NCBI RefSeq assembly: GCF_023055435.1
Contig: NW_025964112.1
Span: 20,770,001 to 20,834,000, forward strand
Length of the DNA stretch: 64,000 nt
Direction of reading: 5' to 3'
DNA from: Haliotis rufescens
Lineage: Eukaryota
The position numbers were made by a program, and so were the translations under genes. Below, one piece after another: positions 12,121 through 25,662 of this stretch. The first letter of the stretch is position 1. Each line of letters opens with the position of its first letter. The notes beneath the pieces were generated by a model. It searched no databases, was not told the DNA's origin, and worked only from the letters and a program-made list of their open reading frames with translations.

Positions 12121-13032
12121 AAAAGTAGCTTTGATATTTGTCCATCATATCAGGGTGTCGCAAAACCTTCCAGGCGCAGTTAAGGCTATTGTTAGCCACT
12201 CGCTGTAATTTCATGTCTGAAAACTTTTCAGAATTACAGTATATGGGTAGGTGTTGTAAGGGACCGAAAATATATCCAGGGAGTAAATTGTTCCAGATAA
12301 TACGTGGAAAATTATAACTTGTCCTCGGGTTTTAAATCTTCAGCATTTGTCGCAAAGGTCGAGGGTGAAAAAAACATCCGGTTACGTTCACATTAAGCAT
12401 CCCATCGGGTGGTCAGACTCGCTGTTTTTGTTGATGCATATCATCGTATTTCAGCTGGAATATTGCTGAGTGTGACGTTAAACAACAAACAAACATTTAT
12501 ACTGCGGGTGATTAATATGTAGATCTACTGAGAGAAGTTATAAAATCAAACAATATTTAAGTTCTATACATAACCCTTTCGGTCCATGGGTGTACATGGA
12601 GTGGAGCGGCACTCGTGTGGAGGGGATTCTTAGTAACGAGGTGTAGCAGAACAACAGTAATACAGAATTTCCCAAACTACTAATTGACGGAGTGAAGGCT
12701 GTTTTTCTACGCACTCAGCCTTGTTCCAGATATATTACAATGGACTCTAAGTAGTCTAGTCAGTAAAATGATGATCAACGATATGTGCCATAGGCTCACG
12801 GTGTCACACAATAAGTGAGGTTTACCACAAGCACACCAGTTAATCTCAACTGACAACACAGCTGGCTTCTTATTCATTCATTCATTCATTCATGAGGACA
12901 TTGTGTGTTTCCGTCTCTATCTGTCAATTTACTCAAGCGTGACGTTACACTCACGGATACACTCCATCGCCTGAAGGGTTTGACCCCGTTCCTACCTCGG
13001 AATACAGCATTACAGGAAAATGTTTGCACCAA

Positions 13033-13245
13033 TCAGAGTTTTATAAGGCGAGAAAGCGATACCATTCTGTCTCGTGTTATCGCTTTCTCGTATCGTTCTA
13101 TCGCTTTCTCGCTTTCCCGTATCGATCTATGGCTTTATCGCTTTCTCGACTCGTTCAATCGCTTTCTCGCTCTATCACTTTCTCGTCTCATGGTATCGCC
13201 TTATGGCTTTCTCGTGGCCGTAGTTGAAGGCGAAAAAGCGATGTC
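13033..13245. repeat. Short tandem repeats of (TA)TCGCTTTCTCG with inverted copies at the flanks, probably a non-autonomous DNA element
   Basis: Several TCGCTTTCTCG units, plus GGCGAGAAAGCGAT and GGCGAAAAAGCGAT in opposite orientation. Confidence 0.55.
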
Positions 13246-13699
13246 CCCTCTCGGCCACCATAATACTCAGTTTCACCAAGGTTATAAACAACTATGGCCA
13301 TGGTCACGTTGGTCTTTATCCAGCATGAAGCTGACACGTGACAACAAGCACTCTTAAAACCGGGAACTAAACCCAGCTCACTCATTCACAACAACTGTTT
13401 TGAAGGTTAAAAGATGTGATAGACTAAATGTCATTTAGTTTGATTATCAAATATTTTCTCTGTTCCCATATGTTCAGTAGTTTGTGCATGGATGATTGAG
13501 TGTGGGATTTTATGGACAATATTACCCCGAAAAATCTTGAAAAAAGTAATTATGCTTCAGACTATTGATCAAAAAAGAAATTGTTAAGATTGTTGCAAGG
13601 TGATTTTCTAATCTTAAAACAAACTTCTGGGTCAGAGTTTTAAATAAGAAAATATCTGGTATTGCAGACTTATCTAATCTAAATACAAAATCCTAATAT

Positions 13700-14780
13700 T
13701 TCGCGATAAACATTTCGCTATTTGATTAAATTCATCCACAGCTATTGAAGTGTCTGCTAAAGTGTTTTGAATATCGTGTTACAGCATAATAAACTGTTTC
13801 TGTTGATATGAAGTCTGTGACTTTGATTGGTCAAGACTGACTCTTGAAATGTTGATATCTATTATCGTCATACATTAGACATTCTGATGGTAAGTAGTGA
13901 ATTTCGTTTTCTAGGGTATTGCAAGCATAGCATAGTGGAGCATCTAAAGGCGTGACCGACCATGTATAACGACCTGTTTCTGTCGCCACATCAAACTTTA
14001 GTAGGTATCTTTCTCTTATCTCTGGACTTTGCAAACCGTCAATATGTCTCTGCCTTCTGTCGTGCTTCAACGTTCTGTACGTTCGATGTTTAGTGCCATG
14101 TGGTAAATTCCTATCATCCCATAATTCGTGAAACCACAATTGGTCCTCTGTCACAGCACATCTTCTTTGATATGAGAAATGTGTTGCGTCCACTTTCAAG
14201 TCGCGGGAAGCAAGGGAGATAACTTCCATGTTTGGACAATTCTGAAACGATGTCATGTTGACTTCTCTTCTGTGTTGACAGTTTTGAGTTAAATCAAAAT
14301 ATTTCAATCCTTTGCCTCAATACTCTTTGCCTGAACTTGCGACAAGGCTCCACTGACTGCGATTTCTTTAGTGGTAAAGTCCAAGTTTTCATATATAAAA
14401 GAAACCAAAGGTACTTGTACTTAAAGGCGAACTCCATTTATCGCAATCCACAATGGAACTTTGTAGTTGTACGAGATTAGTTTTATTCCTAAAACCATTC
14501 GTTTACTATAGCCAACATGTTTTGTAATGATTGTTCGCGTGGTGATAAAAGAACAATATAATGTGCGAAAAATTGAAGTTAAAATGAAATATTATCCACA
14601 TACCACAGCTGAGAGAGTTAATGTCATCTGCTCGATCATTAATGTATAAGGAGAACATGGCTGGCGAGATAGGGCATCCCTGTTTTACACCGCTGATGAT
14701 GTTGAAAGGTGAGTTCATGCAGTTGTTGTCTTCAGCTGAACACTGGACGTCCTCATACAGAGCCTTGGTCATTGAAGTCT
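13700..14780 (-). mobile_element. Degenerate CR1/L2-group LINE, 3' part of ORF2
   Basis: GVKQGCPISPAMFSLYIND (RT) and K.RTYR..K..ETGRY..LC..C..ENEIHYL..C, parallel to the LINE at 44553. Confidence 0.8.
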
Positions 14781-16351
14781 CGATAGCACGCACTGAAGCA
14801 ACTTCAAAGTCAGTCTGTACGCTGGGGACAAGTACGTGTCCTTTCTTATCAAGCACTAGCTGCTTTACATAAGTGAAAAGTCTCTCATAGGTCTGTTGGC
14901 GTCTGGCACCATGGTGTAAACTGTTGGAAATGTGTTCTTCATAACCTCACAATGTATAACATACAGTTGATGTCGATGCTATGGTGGGATGGGATGTAAG
15001 GAACAACTTCTTGGGGAACAGGCGCCAGCTTTTAAAGACTAGGAATAGTCGTAAATTCTTCTCTGGTTCTCTTTCTGGGGTTAATTATGTAACCGGGGGT
15101 GTTCATGAATAACACAGGTCGTTATTTGTCGTGAGGATTTATTATCAGAACAAACGCCCTGAAACATATTAAAATCAAAGATAAATATACACGTAAATAT
15201 ATGTTTGTTAATATACACAAACATACAGTGTAGATATATAAGAGCACATCACATTATATTCATTCACATCGTCACACCGACGACATCATAGAAATAGATA
15301 GAACTCTTGCTTTCAACAAATACATTGAAGGATGTGTTATAACTTACAATAACTATATATACACTGTATCCCTATACATGTGTAATAATATGATAAATAC
15401 AATTAATTAATTTCATTAATACACAAGAAAATACAAGCATACCCTGTAGTTGAAACTGGGGCGGGAACTGCGTTCACCAACACAACTGACAGGACTTATG
15501 GTGTCTGCATCTAAATACAAATACAAAGACAAATATACTTACTTAGGTAAAACGGGTTACCTTAGAAAACATGAATTATGTGTTACACATAACATACCAA
15601 TGAATGCTTTACATTATACATAAATAACATTGTCATAACCAAACACATACATCATAAATACATACCCACTCGCTCACTCATTCTCAAATGAAACATTTAG
15701 GAAAGGTGACGATATACAGTGCTAACATAGTTAAAACATTTACATGGCTACAATTATATGACTATATGTAATGACCTATCTAAATATGTATTAAGACTGT
15801 GTAATACTACAGATGATTACACAAATAGATGCAAGTACAATATAACAATACGTACAGAAACATAACTAACCTATCTGGACGGTCTCAGATGAAAATACTA
15901 CACAGAGCAGATATTTGTTGTCCGCATGGTCAAGGTGTAGTGGCTGGTGTGCTGGTTAAATGCTGGGTGTTAGTATTTGAAACAAGGCCAATCAGGCGCA
16001 GGCTATACTAAACAAAGGACCGACCCAAGCTACCTACTCTACCCCACAACCAGTAGAAGTTAAAAGAAAAGAAAACTCCACGCAGAGAACAAGTCGTTAT
16101 GCAGAGCTGTAGAATACAGCAGCCATACAGGTTTATTTTATTTAATTCAACATAATAAAAGGTTAAAACACCATTTCATTACAAAAAATTATATGTATAC
16201 AAATATATAAAATACAGAAAATATACATATATACAACACTGCCACAAAAGTACATGGCATGAAAACCTACAACAATTGCAATCACACACAATCTCTGTTA
16301 TTTGTGAAGTTCGGGGTTGGTGCAACCTTGGTCGTTTAAGTAGACATAAGT

Positions 16352-16352
<1 letters not shown>

Positions 16353-16403
<51 letters not shown>
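16353..16403. repeat. (ACT)n microsatellite
   Basis: Perfect trinucleotide run; source of the poly-Val in ORF 16298..16546. Confidence 0.97.
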
Positions 16404-16404
<1 letters not shown>

Positions 16405-17080
16405 TAGAAAACCTCCTGACTACTACCTTCGGTGATTCTCTCAGAGATAAGAGAGTTGGACTTTTGTACCGCCAAAAGCTTGACTCCAACCCACACAGAC
16501 TGTTTAATCTACCCTTCATCAACCTTTGCACCTGCTTCATTTGCAATGAGCCAATTTAGTAACATTTACAGTGATTCAATCTATTTCCACGTATATTTTG
16601 TCATTTCATTCTTCATACACACGTGTATACGATAGGGTAGCAAATCATACCGTGCTTCGATCTACGGTCTTATTTCAAGAAGATTGAAGACATTCTGATT
16701 CATATTTTAATTTAATCAATGCATTGATCTTTTGCCACAATGTGTATAAATTTCGGTTTTGGGGTCCAGCTTGCTCTCAATACACTTAAATTGTCAAATA
16801 TTTGGCATGGATCGTCTAAACCCTGAATGGGTATTCTGCAATAAGCAGCCTTTTTTTGTTCCCTTTTTTTTATCCGACCGCCCATTTCTGGGAAAACCTT
16901 GGAGATGAGAAACACAAAAATAAGTAAAGACTCCCTTACTGCTACTAACTGCATGGCTTTAGATAGGTAAATCATAAACTATACATCATGTCCTCTGCAC
17001 ATTACTTGCCATTGTAAAATGCATACTGGGACGTCAAGTTGTAATCTAATGTTATATTGGATTATGCCAAAATGTTTTTG

Positions 17081-17205
17081 TTTGTTTGTTTGTTGTTTAA
17101 CGCCGCACTCGGCAATATTCCAGCTATATGACGGCGGTCTGTGTAAATAATCGAGTCTGGACCAGACAATCCAGTGATTGATATCATGAGCATCGATCAA
17201 CGCAA
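17081..17205 (-). mobile_element. 5'-truncated SINE family 2 with 14-bp TSD
   Basis: CCAAAATGTTTTTG on both sides; (AAAC)n tail. Confidence 0.88.
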
Positions 17206-17491
17206 CCAAAATGTTTTTGGTAAGAAAAAGGTATCTATATGATATTCACTGTACCACAATGATATTCTGAAAGATTGATCAGTCTGAAACAAGGCATCAG
17301 ACGCTAAGGATATTCCGGAAGGTCTGTGTGTGACATAAAATGTCCTAATGATCCTAATAGGCGTACACAAATAACGAACAATGAATCAACACTGAAGTGA
17401 ACACGAGGCGTTTATATAGAAAGATTACCCCGCCAGCGAGATGTGTTGTGAAGGCTGCAAGCCGTGCCGCGCCATCAATGCAGTTTATGGT

Positions 17492-18415
17492 CTAAGGGAG
17501 ATAATTGTTTGATCCAAAAGTAATTTTGTCAGGAAGTTTGGTTCCTTTGAAAGTCAGGATGATAGTGGAGGTGTTTGTTGGGGGACCTTGTGGGTTTTGT
17601 CTGGTGATCCTTAAAAGATTAATGATTTGAGGCTGGGTTTGGAGTTTATTTGATTCAATTACGTAAGCTTTGAGGTCGTGGTCAGACTCTGCAGGGTCGG
17701 TGTAAATGACCCCTTTTGTTTCAGATAGCCAACGAGGAGTCTGCCACGACAGATTGATGCCATCTATTGATGTTTGTTTCATTGCCACATTGAGGTCATA
17801 TTGTAAGTTAAAGTTTATTTTGAAGGCTCTGCCGCAGCTGTTTATAAATTTGAATTTTAGATGGGCTTGTTTTAGTATAAGCCCAAATCTGTTTTTGGTG
17901 TACAGTGAAGTGAGTGGGGTGGGACCTGTATTGAATGCTAGAAGTACAAGATGTTGATTGTTGTTTGAGTTAGGTTGTGTACAACTCTGTCGTTTCTGTA
18001 TCTTCGACTGCGTTTCAAGATCTTCGGGTGATTGTAGAGGGCGTTTTCCCCCAATGGCGGTGGCTGTGGCTAAGTTATTTAGTAGATTAGACTGGGAGCT
18101 GCGGGGAGTAGTCATTGAGATGCTGGGCGAAATTGGAGGGGATTTTCCGAAAGTGGGAGGGATGAGGTTAGTGGGATTACTTAGATCGAGTGGAGGGTAC
18201 TGGAAACTAGTGGAGATTTTAGCGGGGGTTGAAGTGAGTGAAGGGGAAGGAGAAGTGGTGAAGGTAGATGATCGTAGCTTACAGTCTTTTCTTGAGGGAC
18301 GTTTGTCTTTCTGTTTGTCTAGGGTTGAAGTTGATATTGTTGCTTGGGGTGTGGACAGCGGGCGGTCATGTCGGTTTTTCTGCCGATCGAGTGATAGGGT
18401 CCGATTTGCCGCCAT
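17492..18415 (-). mobile_element. Gag-like ORF1 of a non-LTR retrotransposon (I/Jockey group), truncated before the zinc knuckles
   Basis: 307-aa ORF with Ser/Pro/Thr-rich N-terminus, then KGVIY...RITR..TSTIILTF.G.KLP.KI.FG typical of LINE ORF1; no CCHC motif or ORF2 follows. Confidence 0.7.
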
Positions 18416-21236
18416 GTTTGAAGTTCGAATGGTTGGCCTCCTTCAGCTTGATTTCAGCTGAGGCCACCTGGTTGCGAGCGACAGGTCCGAGGGGAAGAGG
18501 GTTTCTTCAAGCAAAGCCGATTACTGCTTCTTGCTGATCTTGGTGTAAAATGGGGACACGATCTATGGGGGATCCAATGTCGGGAGCGATTGAGCGTGAG
18601 CAACATGTAACTATGAGTGATTTGAATCGAAAAAACTAAGCCGTCACTACTCAATTAAGTAATTAACAGACAATTGCAAGTGCTAATACCCACCCGACAC
18701 TAATTGCCCTGTTAATCCCTAGTCCACAATGAGTTAACATTGAGTTCATTTTGCTAATTAGCTGTTTTTAGAGCAGCAAGGTAATAAACATCATAGGTGG
18801 GGCAGGCTTTGATCATGTGTTCTGTAGAAGAGATGATGTCACTTGTTTTATGTTTATTTAGGATTAGCTACATCCCTTGATGCTACCAAGGCAGCCCTTG
18901 AGATTATCAACAGTTTGCCTGGACACAAACTGATGTCTCCCTTGTAGCACACTATGTGTCAGACAAGGACTTTTACCACTCTGTGCAGATGCATATCAAT
19001 GCATAAAGAACATTGGGTAGATGATTCAATAATGTCACGCAAGTCAAAGTTGGGTTTCACTGTATTTAGAAACAGACGATGGATCCAAAACTTTATAACA
19101 GTAATTATGATTAATTTAAACTTTGCCAGACCAATTGTTTGGCAGATTTGCATGTTATTGTTAATCTTCATTAAGTTAATTTTCAAAAAAGATAGGATAA
19201 ATGATAAAATATGATAATGAGTCATGAATATTTGAATTCAGATCAGAACAAACAGGGAGGGTCACCCAAAAATGTGAGAGTCTCTAGGGGAGGCTTTTGA
19301 CAAAATGGACAATAAAATATAAAGTGCTTTGCATTTTCTTTCAGGGAGGGTAGTGTCAAAAATGAATGAGAACATACCGGTAATACATGACCGGCCCCTT
19401 TAATGTAATATACATAGTTTTAAGTTGATGGTTCAGGTTGTACTTTTCAGATGAATTTCTTATCACTGTCTATGATGGACTACCAATTAACGGTAGATAT
19501 TAAATATCCATAATAACTTAGATAAATACTTCTACAGTCTCATCCTAATTTGTCAAAATTTGAATTTCAATATAGCTTCCAATAATGAATTAATGAATTT
19601 GGAGAGAATATCTATTGTCTGAATTCCTAATGTACTTTATTTGTATTTGGTGTGCTAGGGTAGCCTAGTGGGTAAAACAGTCTCTGAAACCTGGGTTAAA
19701 TTCACCACATGGGTACAATGTGTGAAGCCCATAGCTGGAATATTGCTAACAAGCTGCATCAAACTATACCAACTCACTCGCTCATTATGTTGTATTTTGA
19801 GATCACTTACATGACCTGTGTTTTGATTATTATGAATAGTTCTGTTTTTATGTATAAGAACCTAAATAACTTAGTTTTGCATTGTCTTGTTCCTTCCTTA
19901 CATTTTGATGTAATGCAAACATTCTAGCAAAATTCAGGTGAACCATGTGGCCCTTAAGGTATTGTTTTAGAAGACCGGATACATTTTTGTATTTTCTGAA
20001 CACTTTTCTGTTTGCAATGGCTTATTTACATGTTCAAAGATTGGTTACATATCAGTTGCAAGATAAATTGTCAATACCTCACTGTTCGAGAAAACAACTT
20101 TAAACATTTGTAAATATGTGTGTGTTTCATAATTTTTGAATAACAAGCTTCTAAAGATGTTATGAATTGTTTCAGGTACCTGGATTTCACAATCTGACAC
20201 CAGCTACATTTAAGAAGATCTTGCTCACACCATTCAGACAAGGGACTCACCGGATGATGAACAATCCTCCCGATAACAACCAACAGATTCACCTCAGAAA
20301 GTGATGATTCTGAATGAATAATGCCACATCAGTGTGACTGTAGGTGGTTTTATTATTACACTAATCAAGTCTGAATGAATTTATGCCAAAGCACTGTGAC
20401 TATGTCCAGGTTGTGTACGCCGACGCTGACTATACAAATCTGAATGACTTTTGTGGTTTACTGCAGAAACATAATTGACTTTAGATATTCTTCTTACATG
20501 AAATTCTTCTGAGATTTGACTAATTTGTTTATTTAGAAAATGGCATTGAAGCGTCTGTTCTGTAAGGCCTTGCAAACACCACTGGTTACTTTATGCTAGT
20601 TCCTCTTCTTGCTTGATCAAATTTTTAATTTGTGATATGTACCAATGAAATGCCATATAATAAAAAAATAAGATTTTTTTCCAAAAACATTATTTGTTTT
20701 GCTTCATTAGCATAAAGAAATATAATACTGATCAGCCATAACATAGGTGCTGAACAAATATAAAATGTACTAATGTCCTGAATGTTTTCCTACTATAAAT
20801 ACAGCTCACTTAACAAAAGTTGTAGTTCCACGTTAGTAGACAAATGAAATTGATATTTTTTCTGTTCTTTATTTAGGTGTTTTCTATGGATGCCATTAGT
20901 CTTATGCACCAATTTGGGACAATTGTATTCTGTTTCATATTCCCATGAAACTATATTCCAGATATAACAAGTACTGATACCGTTCCAAACTAATCTTTTA
21001 ATCTCACCAGGGCCAAATGCCAAAGCACATAGCCATTTTTTCTGAGTGAGAATAATGTTTTGCCACTTTTAGCAATATTGCAACAAAATCATGGTGGGGG
21101 ACACCAGCTATAAGCTTCACACATTTATACCCATGTCGCGAAACAACTTGTGAACAATGCATGCCCACATATCTCAGTTTGAGGAGGATATTTACAACTA
21201 AAATAACACAGAATATTACAACAGCTATCTGATATG

Positions 21237-21570
21237 CACAGGCTAACATTGATAACTAGAAACAAGACATGAAGAAAATTTGCATCTGGAAACCTTCCGG
21301 AAACCTTCAAGATGCCTTCAGCAACCTTCAAATTTCTTGGTATTTTCAAGATAATTTTTTTATGTGTTNNNNNNNNNNNNNNNNNNNNNNNNNNNNNNNN
21401 NNNNNNNNNNNNNNNNNNNNNNNNNNNNNNNNNNNNNNNNNNNNNNNNNNNNNNNNNNNNNNNNNNNNNNNNNNNNNNNNNNNNNNNNNNNNNNNNNNNN
21501 NNNNNNNNNNNNNNNNNNAAGGTTTCAGGAAGGTTTCCGGAAGACGGAAACCTACACTTTTTTTGCTGTG
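21237..21570. mobile_element. Non-autonomous DNA transposon with CACAG..CTGTG ends and 5-bp TSD (Transib-like), spanning an N gap
   Basis: ATATG|CACAG...CTGTG|ATATG; subterminal inverted repeats GGAAACCTTCCGGAAACCTT and AAGGTTTCAGGAAGGTTTCC. Confidence 0.6.
21369..21518. other. Assembly gap
   Basis: Run of N. Confidence 1.
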
Positions 21571-22681
21571 ATATGTCCAAAGCAGTGTTAAACCCAGCGG
21601 ACTCACTCACTCACTCACTAACATGTACATGTAATAAATATAATTCAAATGAAGAAGGCAATTTGAAAGAGCGGTAGGCCTAATATCTTAACTTGGAATA
21701 TTCATGAAAATTGTCTATCCACATCTGACCATGATAATCAAGACAACTTTGTCTGAACCCCTGTACAAAATCAGGGATCGATTCAACACCTTGTTCTTTC
21801 CATGCATATCCATAGTCACACTTATAGGGTAAATTTTTAACTTTAAGTCCCCTACAGTCGATAAACCTTTTCTTCCAGCTTATATTATGATAGATGTTTG
21901 ATGTTGGGGCAAAATTATATATGAATAACCTAAGTGGTTACATATGTTTAAAAATGCTTTCAATCAATCATTAATAAACATTTAATAAACTGTGCACAGA
22001 ATGTATGTTCTACTAGTTACCGATTTGGAAACCATAATGCAGTGTCACATATCACAATCATATGCATCAACAAAAATGTATGAACGTACACATGGTACAT
22101 GCATATCTAAAAATCATTATCCCGCGATATGCCAAGGAGAGGCACGGGCCACCGAGCCGTGGATGCCCGTGCCTATAATAAAAACAGAAGATGAGATTGG
22201 GTTAAATGGCCGAGGGTGTGCAGGTACTAGTGGGCTACTTAGCTGCTAATTGTGTATACCAAAATGCTACCGTTGCCATGGCCACGCGCGTGGCCAACGG
22301 CGATTGCAGCTAGCGCTGCTGGCCTGAGACTGCTACCGCTGTCCGGCCCCCACGGTAGCATATTTAAACGCTACCATTGCTTGGCAACTCCCACGCTGCC
22401 AAAAGCAGCTCCACGCTGCTGGCCTAAGTCAGACTACCGCTGCCCGGCCCCAGGTAGCCGGCCAAAGCAGATCACACTGCCCGGCCCCATTAGCAAAACC
22501 ATTGTGCGGCCCCCGCCGCGGACCCAACTGTCAGCTACTGCTTGACAAGACGACTTCCGCCGCCGGTCTGGGTCATTTATCAACAGCTCCCTGTCAAGTA
22601 TTTAGACTCTGCCGACCGACACATATTCCTGGGGATTTTCATTTTCCTGGAAAGTCCAGAGTCGTGTAGCAGTCAAGCATG

Positions 22682-23458
22682 TAGGGTTGCGACGGGTACT
22701 CGAGTACCCCATAACGGGTCGGGTAGCTTAGGACTCGAGTCCAATTTACCAGATCTGATTAAGTACTTTCCATGAGACAGGCGTACAATGAGAAAGTCCA
22801 TGTTGTGGTGATAAGAAATCACAAATGACATTCCACAAGTGTTAGTTAAAATTCGTTTGATAACTTTTCATGATCCCTGATTTTTTTTATTTTTGTTCGG
22901 ATAAAAAACAAATTAGGTTGTTCAAAGTTGCAAGTTTGTCTTTATGCTTCAGCACGATAAAAACAGAAAAGTTGTTCTGTTGGACTATTTCAACATAAAA
23001 CTAAACAGTTTTCTATAATTTGCTGATCTGTTCAATAAAAATGTGAAATCTAATGTTATTTGTGTTTGTCATTATTGTCGAAATCATTTTACGAAATACT
23101 GAAATAGTGCAATGTTACAAATTACAATACAAGCCTAGTTCACTCAGACACATATCGATTTATTACCCATGTCACGACTCGCGTGTCAGGCAGTCATGTG
23201 ATCTTGCCGTTTCCCGCTCTCGCCTGTTTTGGTGACGGTGCTCAATGACTGGCGCCAGATTACTTTGATATTCTGCGTCACTTGTGGTTTTTAATAAAAA
23301 AACATAATACCTTAGAACAGATTGATAGATGTTTGACCTTTTATTCGCAAAAGCGTTTCAAAAAAGTGGGACAACATTGAACTACGGGTACTCGAGTCCG
23401 GTTCGGGTATCGTCTGCCGGGTACTCGAGTTCAGTTTTCGTACCCGGTCGCAACCCTA
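22682..23458. mobile_element. hAT-family MITE
   Basis: TIRs TAGGGTTGCGAC and GTCGCAACCCTA; 8-bp TSD CAAGCATG/CAGGCATG; empty site in the duplicate at ~52104. Confidence 0.92.
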
Positions 23459-23678
23459 CAGGCATGGCTGCGTGCATTGCCAACGGGGTTTAGTGTTGTA
23501 TTGACGTGTATTCACAATGACATAACGTTTACTGTAATAATGCCTTAACAAGCTTGCTCATATTGCTCAGTGTTAAAAGGATGGAGTTGGTTTAGCACAG
23601 CAGTTGAGGGGTTCAATCTTCTGCCGCGCCATACAAAAAGTCGTGGTATCTAAGTGTGCTAGCACTATAAATCGGCAG

Positions 23679-23846
23679 NNNNNNNNNNNNNNNNNNNNNN
23701 NNNNNNNNNNNNNNNNNNNNNNNNNNNNNNNNNNNNNNNNNNNNNNNNNNNNNNNNNNNNNNNNNNNNNNNNNNNNNNNNNNNNNNNNNNNNNNNNNNNN
23801 NNNNNNNNNNNNNNNNNNNNNNNNNNNNNNNNNNNNNNNNNNNNNN
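23679..23846. other. Assembly gap inside a ~128-bp tandem repeat
   Basis: Run of N; ACCCTGAGTACGCTGTGACATG recurs at 23847 and ~23975. Confidence 0.95.
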
Positions 23847-25662
23847 ACCCTGAGTACGCTGTGACATGTCTGTATTCAAGTGTGGACCAGATACTTGGGT
23901 ATCTAAGTGTGATAGCACTATAAACAAGTACAAGTGCAAGAAGCAACACACACACACAAAATTGGTGTTCCTAGACCCTGAGTACGCTGTGACATGTCTG
24001 TATTCAAGTGTGGACCAGACACGCCCGTGCTTCATGTCATCAGTAATAACCCACAAATCAGAGAAATAACATACCCATTTCAAAAGGATTGAAACTGTTA
24101 CAATGTTTGTACAAATTACACACAAAGACGGTGTTTGTGGGGGCATGGGATGGGCTGTGATGTTAACACCGAAAACCGGTTGTTTCAGATGCATTTACAT
24201 TGGAGCACTTCATATATGCTGTTAAGAAAAGAAATGGGGGGTTACCTAACGATGGTCTTCTATTTCCTTCAGCTTTCAGCCTGCTGTCAGCCTGTACAGG
24301 CTACTTCACACAAGATTAAATGCAGATATTGGTGTATAGCAACTATATTGTAGAAATTAAGCATCGTTGCGCATTCGCAAGATATTGTCTGTGAGATAAA
24401 GTGTTTCATTTCTATAAAAGATACACGAAGACTAGGGCAACATCAGAGTTATCTACTACCCGATTCAGCGAAGTAGCCTCTTTTGACCCGAAAAGGAGTG
24501 TTGGTGACTTATTTGAATACGATATATGAGCTCACAGTACAAACAGATGTAGAGTAGACATGTTATGGATACGTACTGCATAACAAGAAAATCGACCAGG
24601 TGACATGTATTAGCAAGTCATATTGTTAACGGTTACCTGTCTGTACATTCTATAGCTAAAGCAATACAGAATCATAGGCTATGTTTTCACATGAACGTAA
24701 TATTGATTATCACAACTTTGTGTTGTGCTAATCTTCGTCTTAGAAATTATTCGTTTGTTTGTGCAACTGTGTTGTTGAAATAAAACATTCAGCAAAATAC
24801 ATGTACCTGCAGTTGCAAACGGTCGCCATATAATTCATGATGTAACTTGAGGTACGTCAACAGATACATGTATAACTAATTTCCTTCACTTTCTTTGCTA
24901 AATGCATGATTTTGTATGCAGGTGCTACCAGTGTTGACATGAACTTTTAGGTTAACATTACTATTACATTACTATTACAATAATGTATGTATTTCAAATA
25001 CTTCTCCAACTGAACTCATAACCGTCCGATATATTATATAGTACTTATTTTGATTATTCACACCACTGAAAACTAAAAATTGAATTATTGAATCATCTTT
25101 GCAGTCAATACACAGCATGCGTTATGACCAAGGCTGTATACAAAGATGTGATTCAGTAGAAATCGTGTTTTCCAGGAATGGCATACCATATATGGGATTT
25201 GTAATGTGCACGAACATGTTCAACAGGTAATATATATGAAGAGTTAGGCTGAGGCCGCGCAAAGCGTTACCTGGTCTCACTGTGTGCAAGCTGGGTGGGT
25301 AGACGCTCATATCTCTACCTCTTTGATTTAACTAAGATTGTTCAGTTTAGATTGATGTACATGTTACGTCTTCATTAGTGCACTGACAAATAGTATCATC
25401 AGATAAAGTGTAAACGTTGATATTTTATATATCATTACACTTTATCATCGCATGCACATGACATAGTCTGAATCGTGCAAGGGACTTTGCTTTGAGCGCT
25501 GATATCTTATGATTATGGAAATGGTTTTGTGGTTGATATTTACATCTTGCTTTTCAAAAAGGATATGAAATGTGGAAACATTCGTTCTGTTAATCACAAT
25601 AAGTCTATAAAATAGTTAAGAGGTGACACGTTTCTGTTTTATTAAAGTTAGATTTCTGTTAG

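Noticed and set aside
18860-20600. Coding-looking minus-strand patches (ORFs 18959-19225, 20071-20292, 20381-20575)
   Set aside because: Possibly a decayed transposase or pseudogene, but no motif or consistent exon chain could be established.
21125-24194. Long ORFs containing X runs
   Set aside because: Artefacts of the N gaps.
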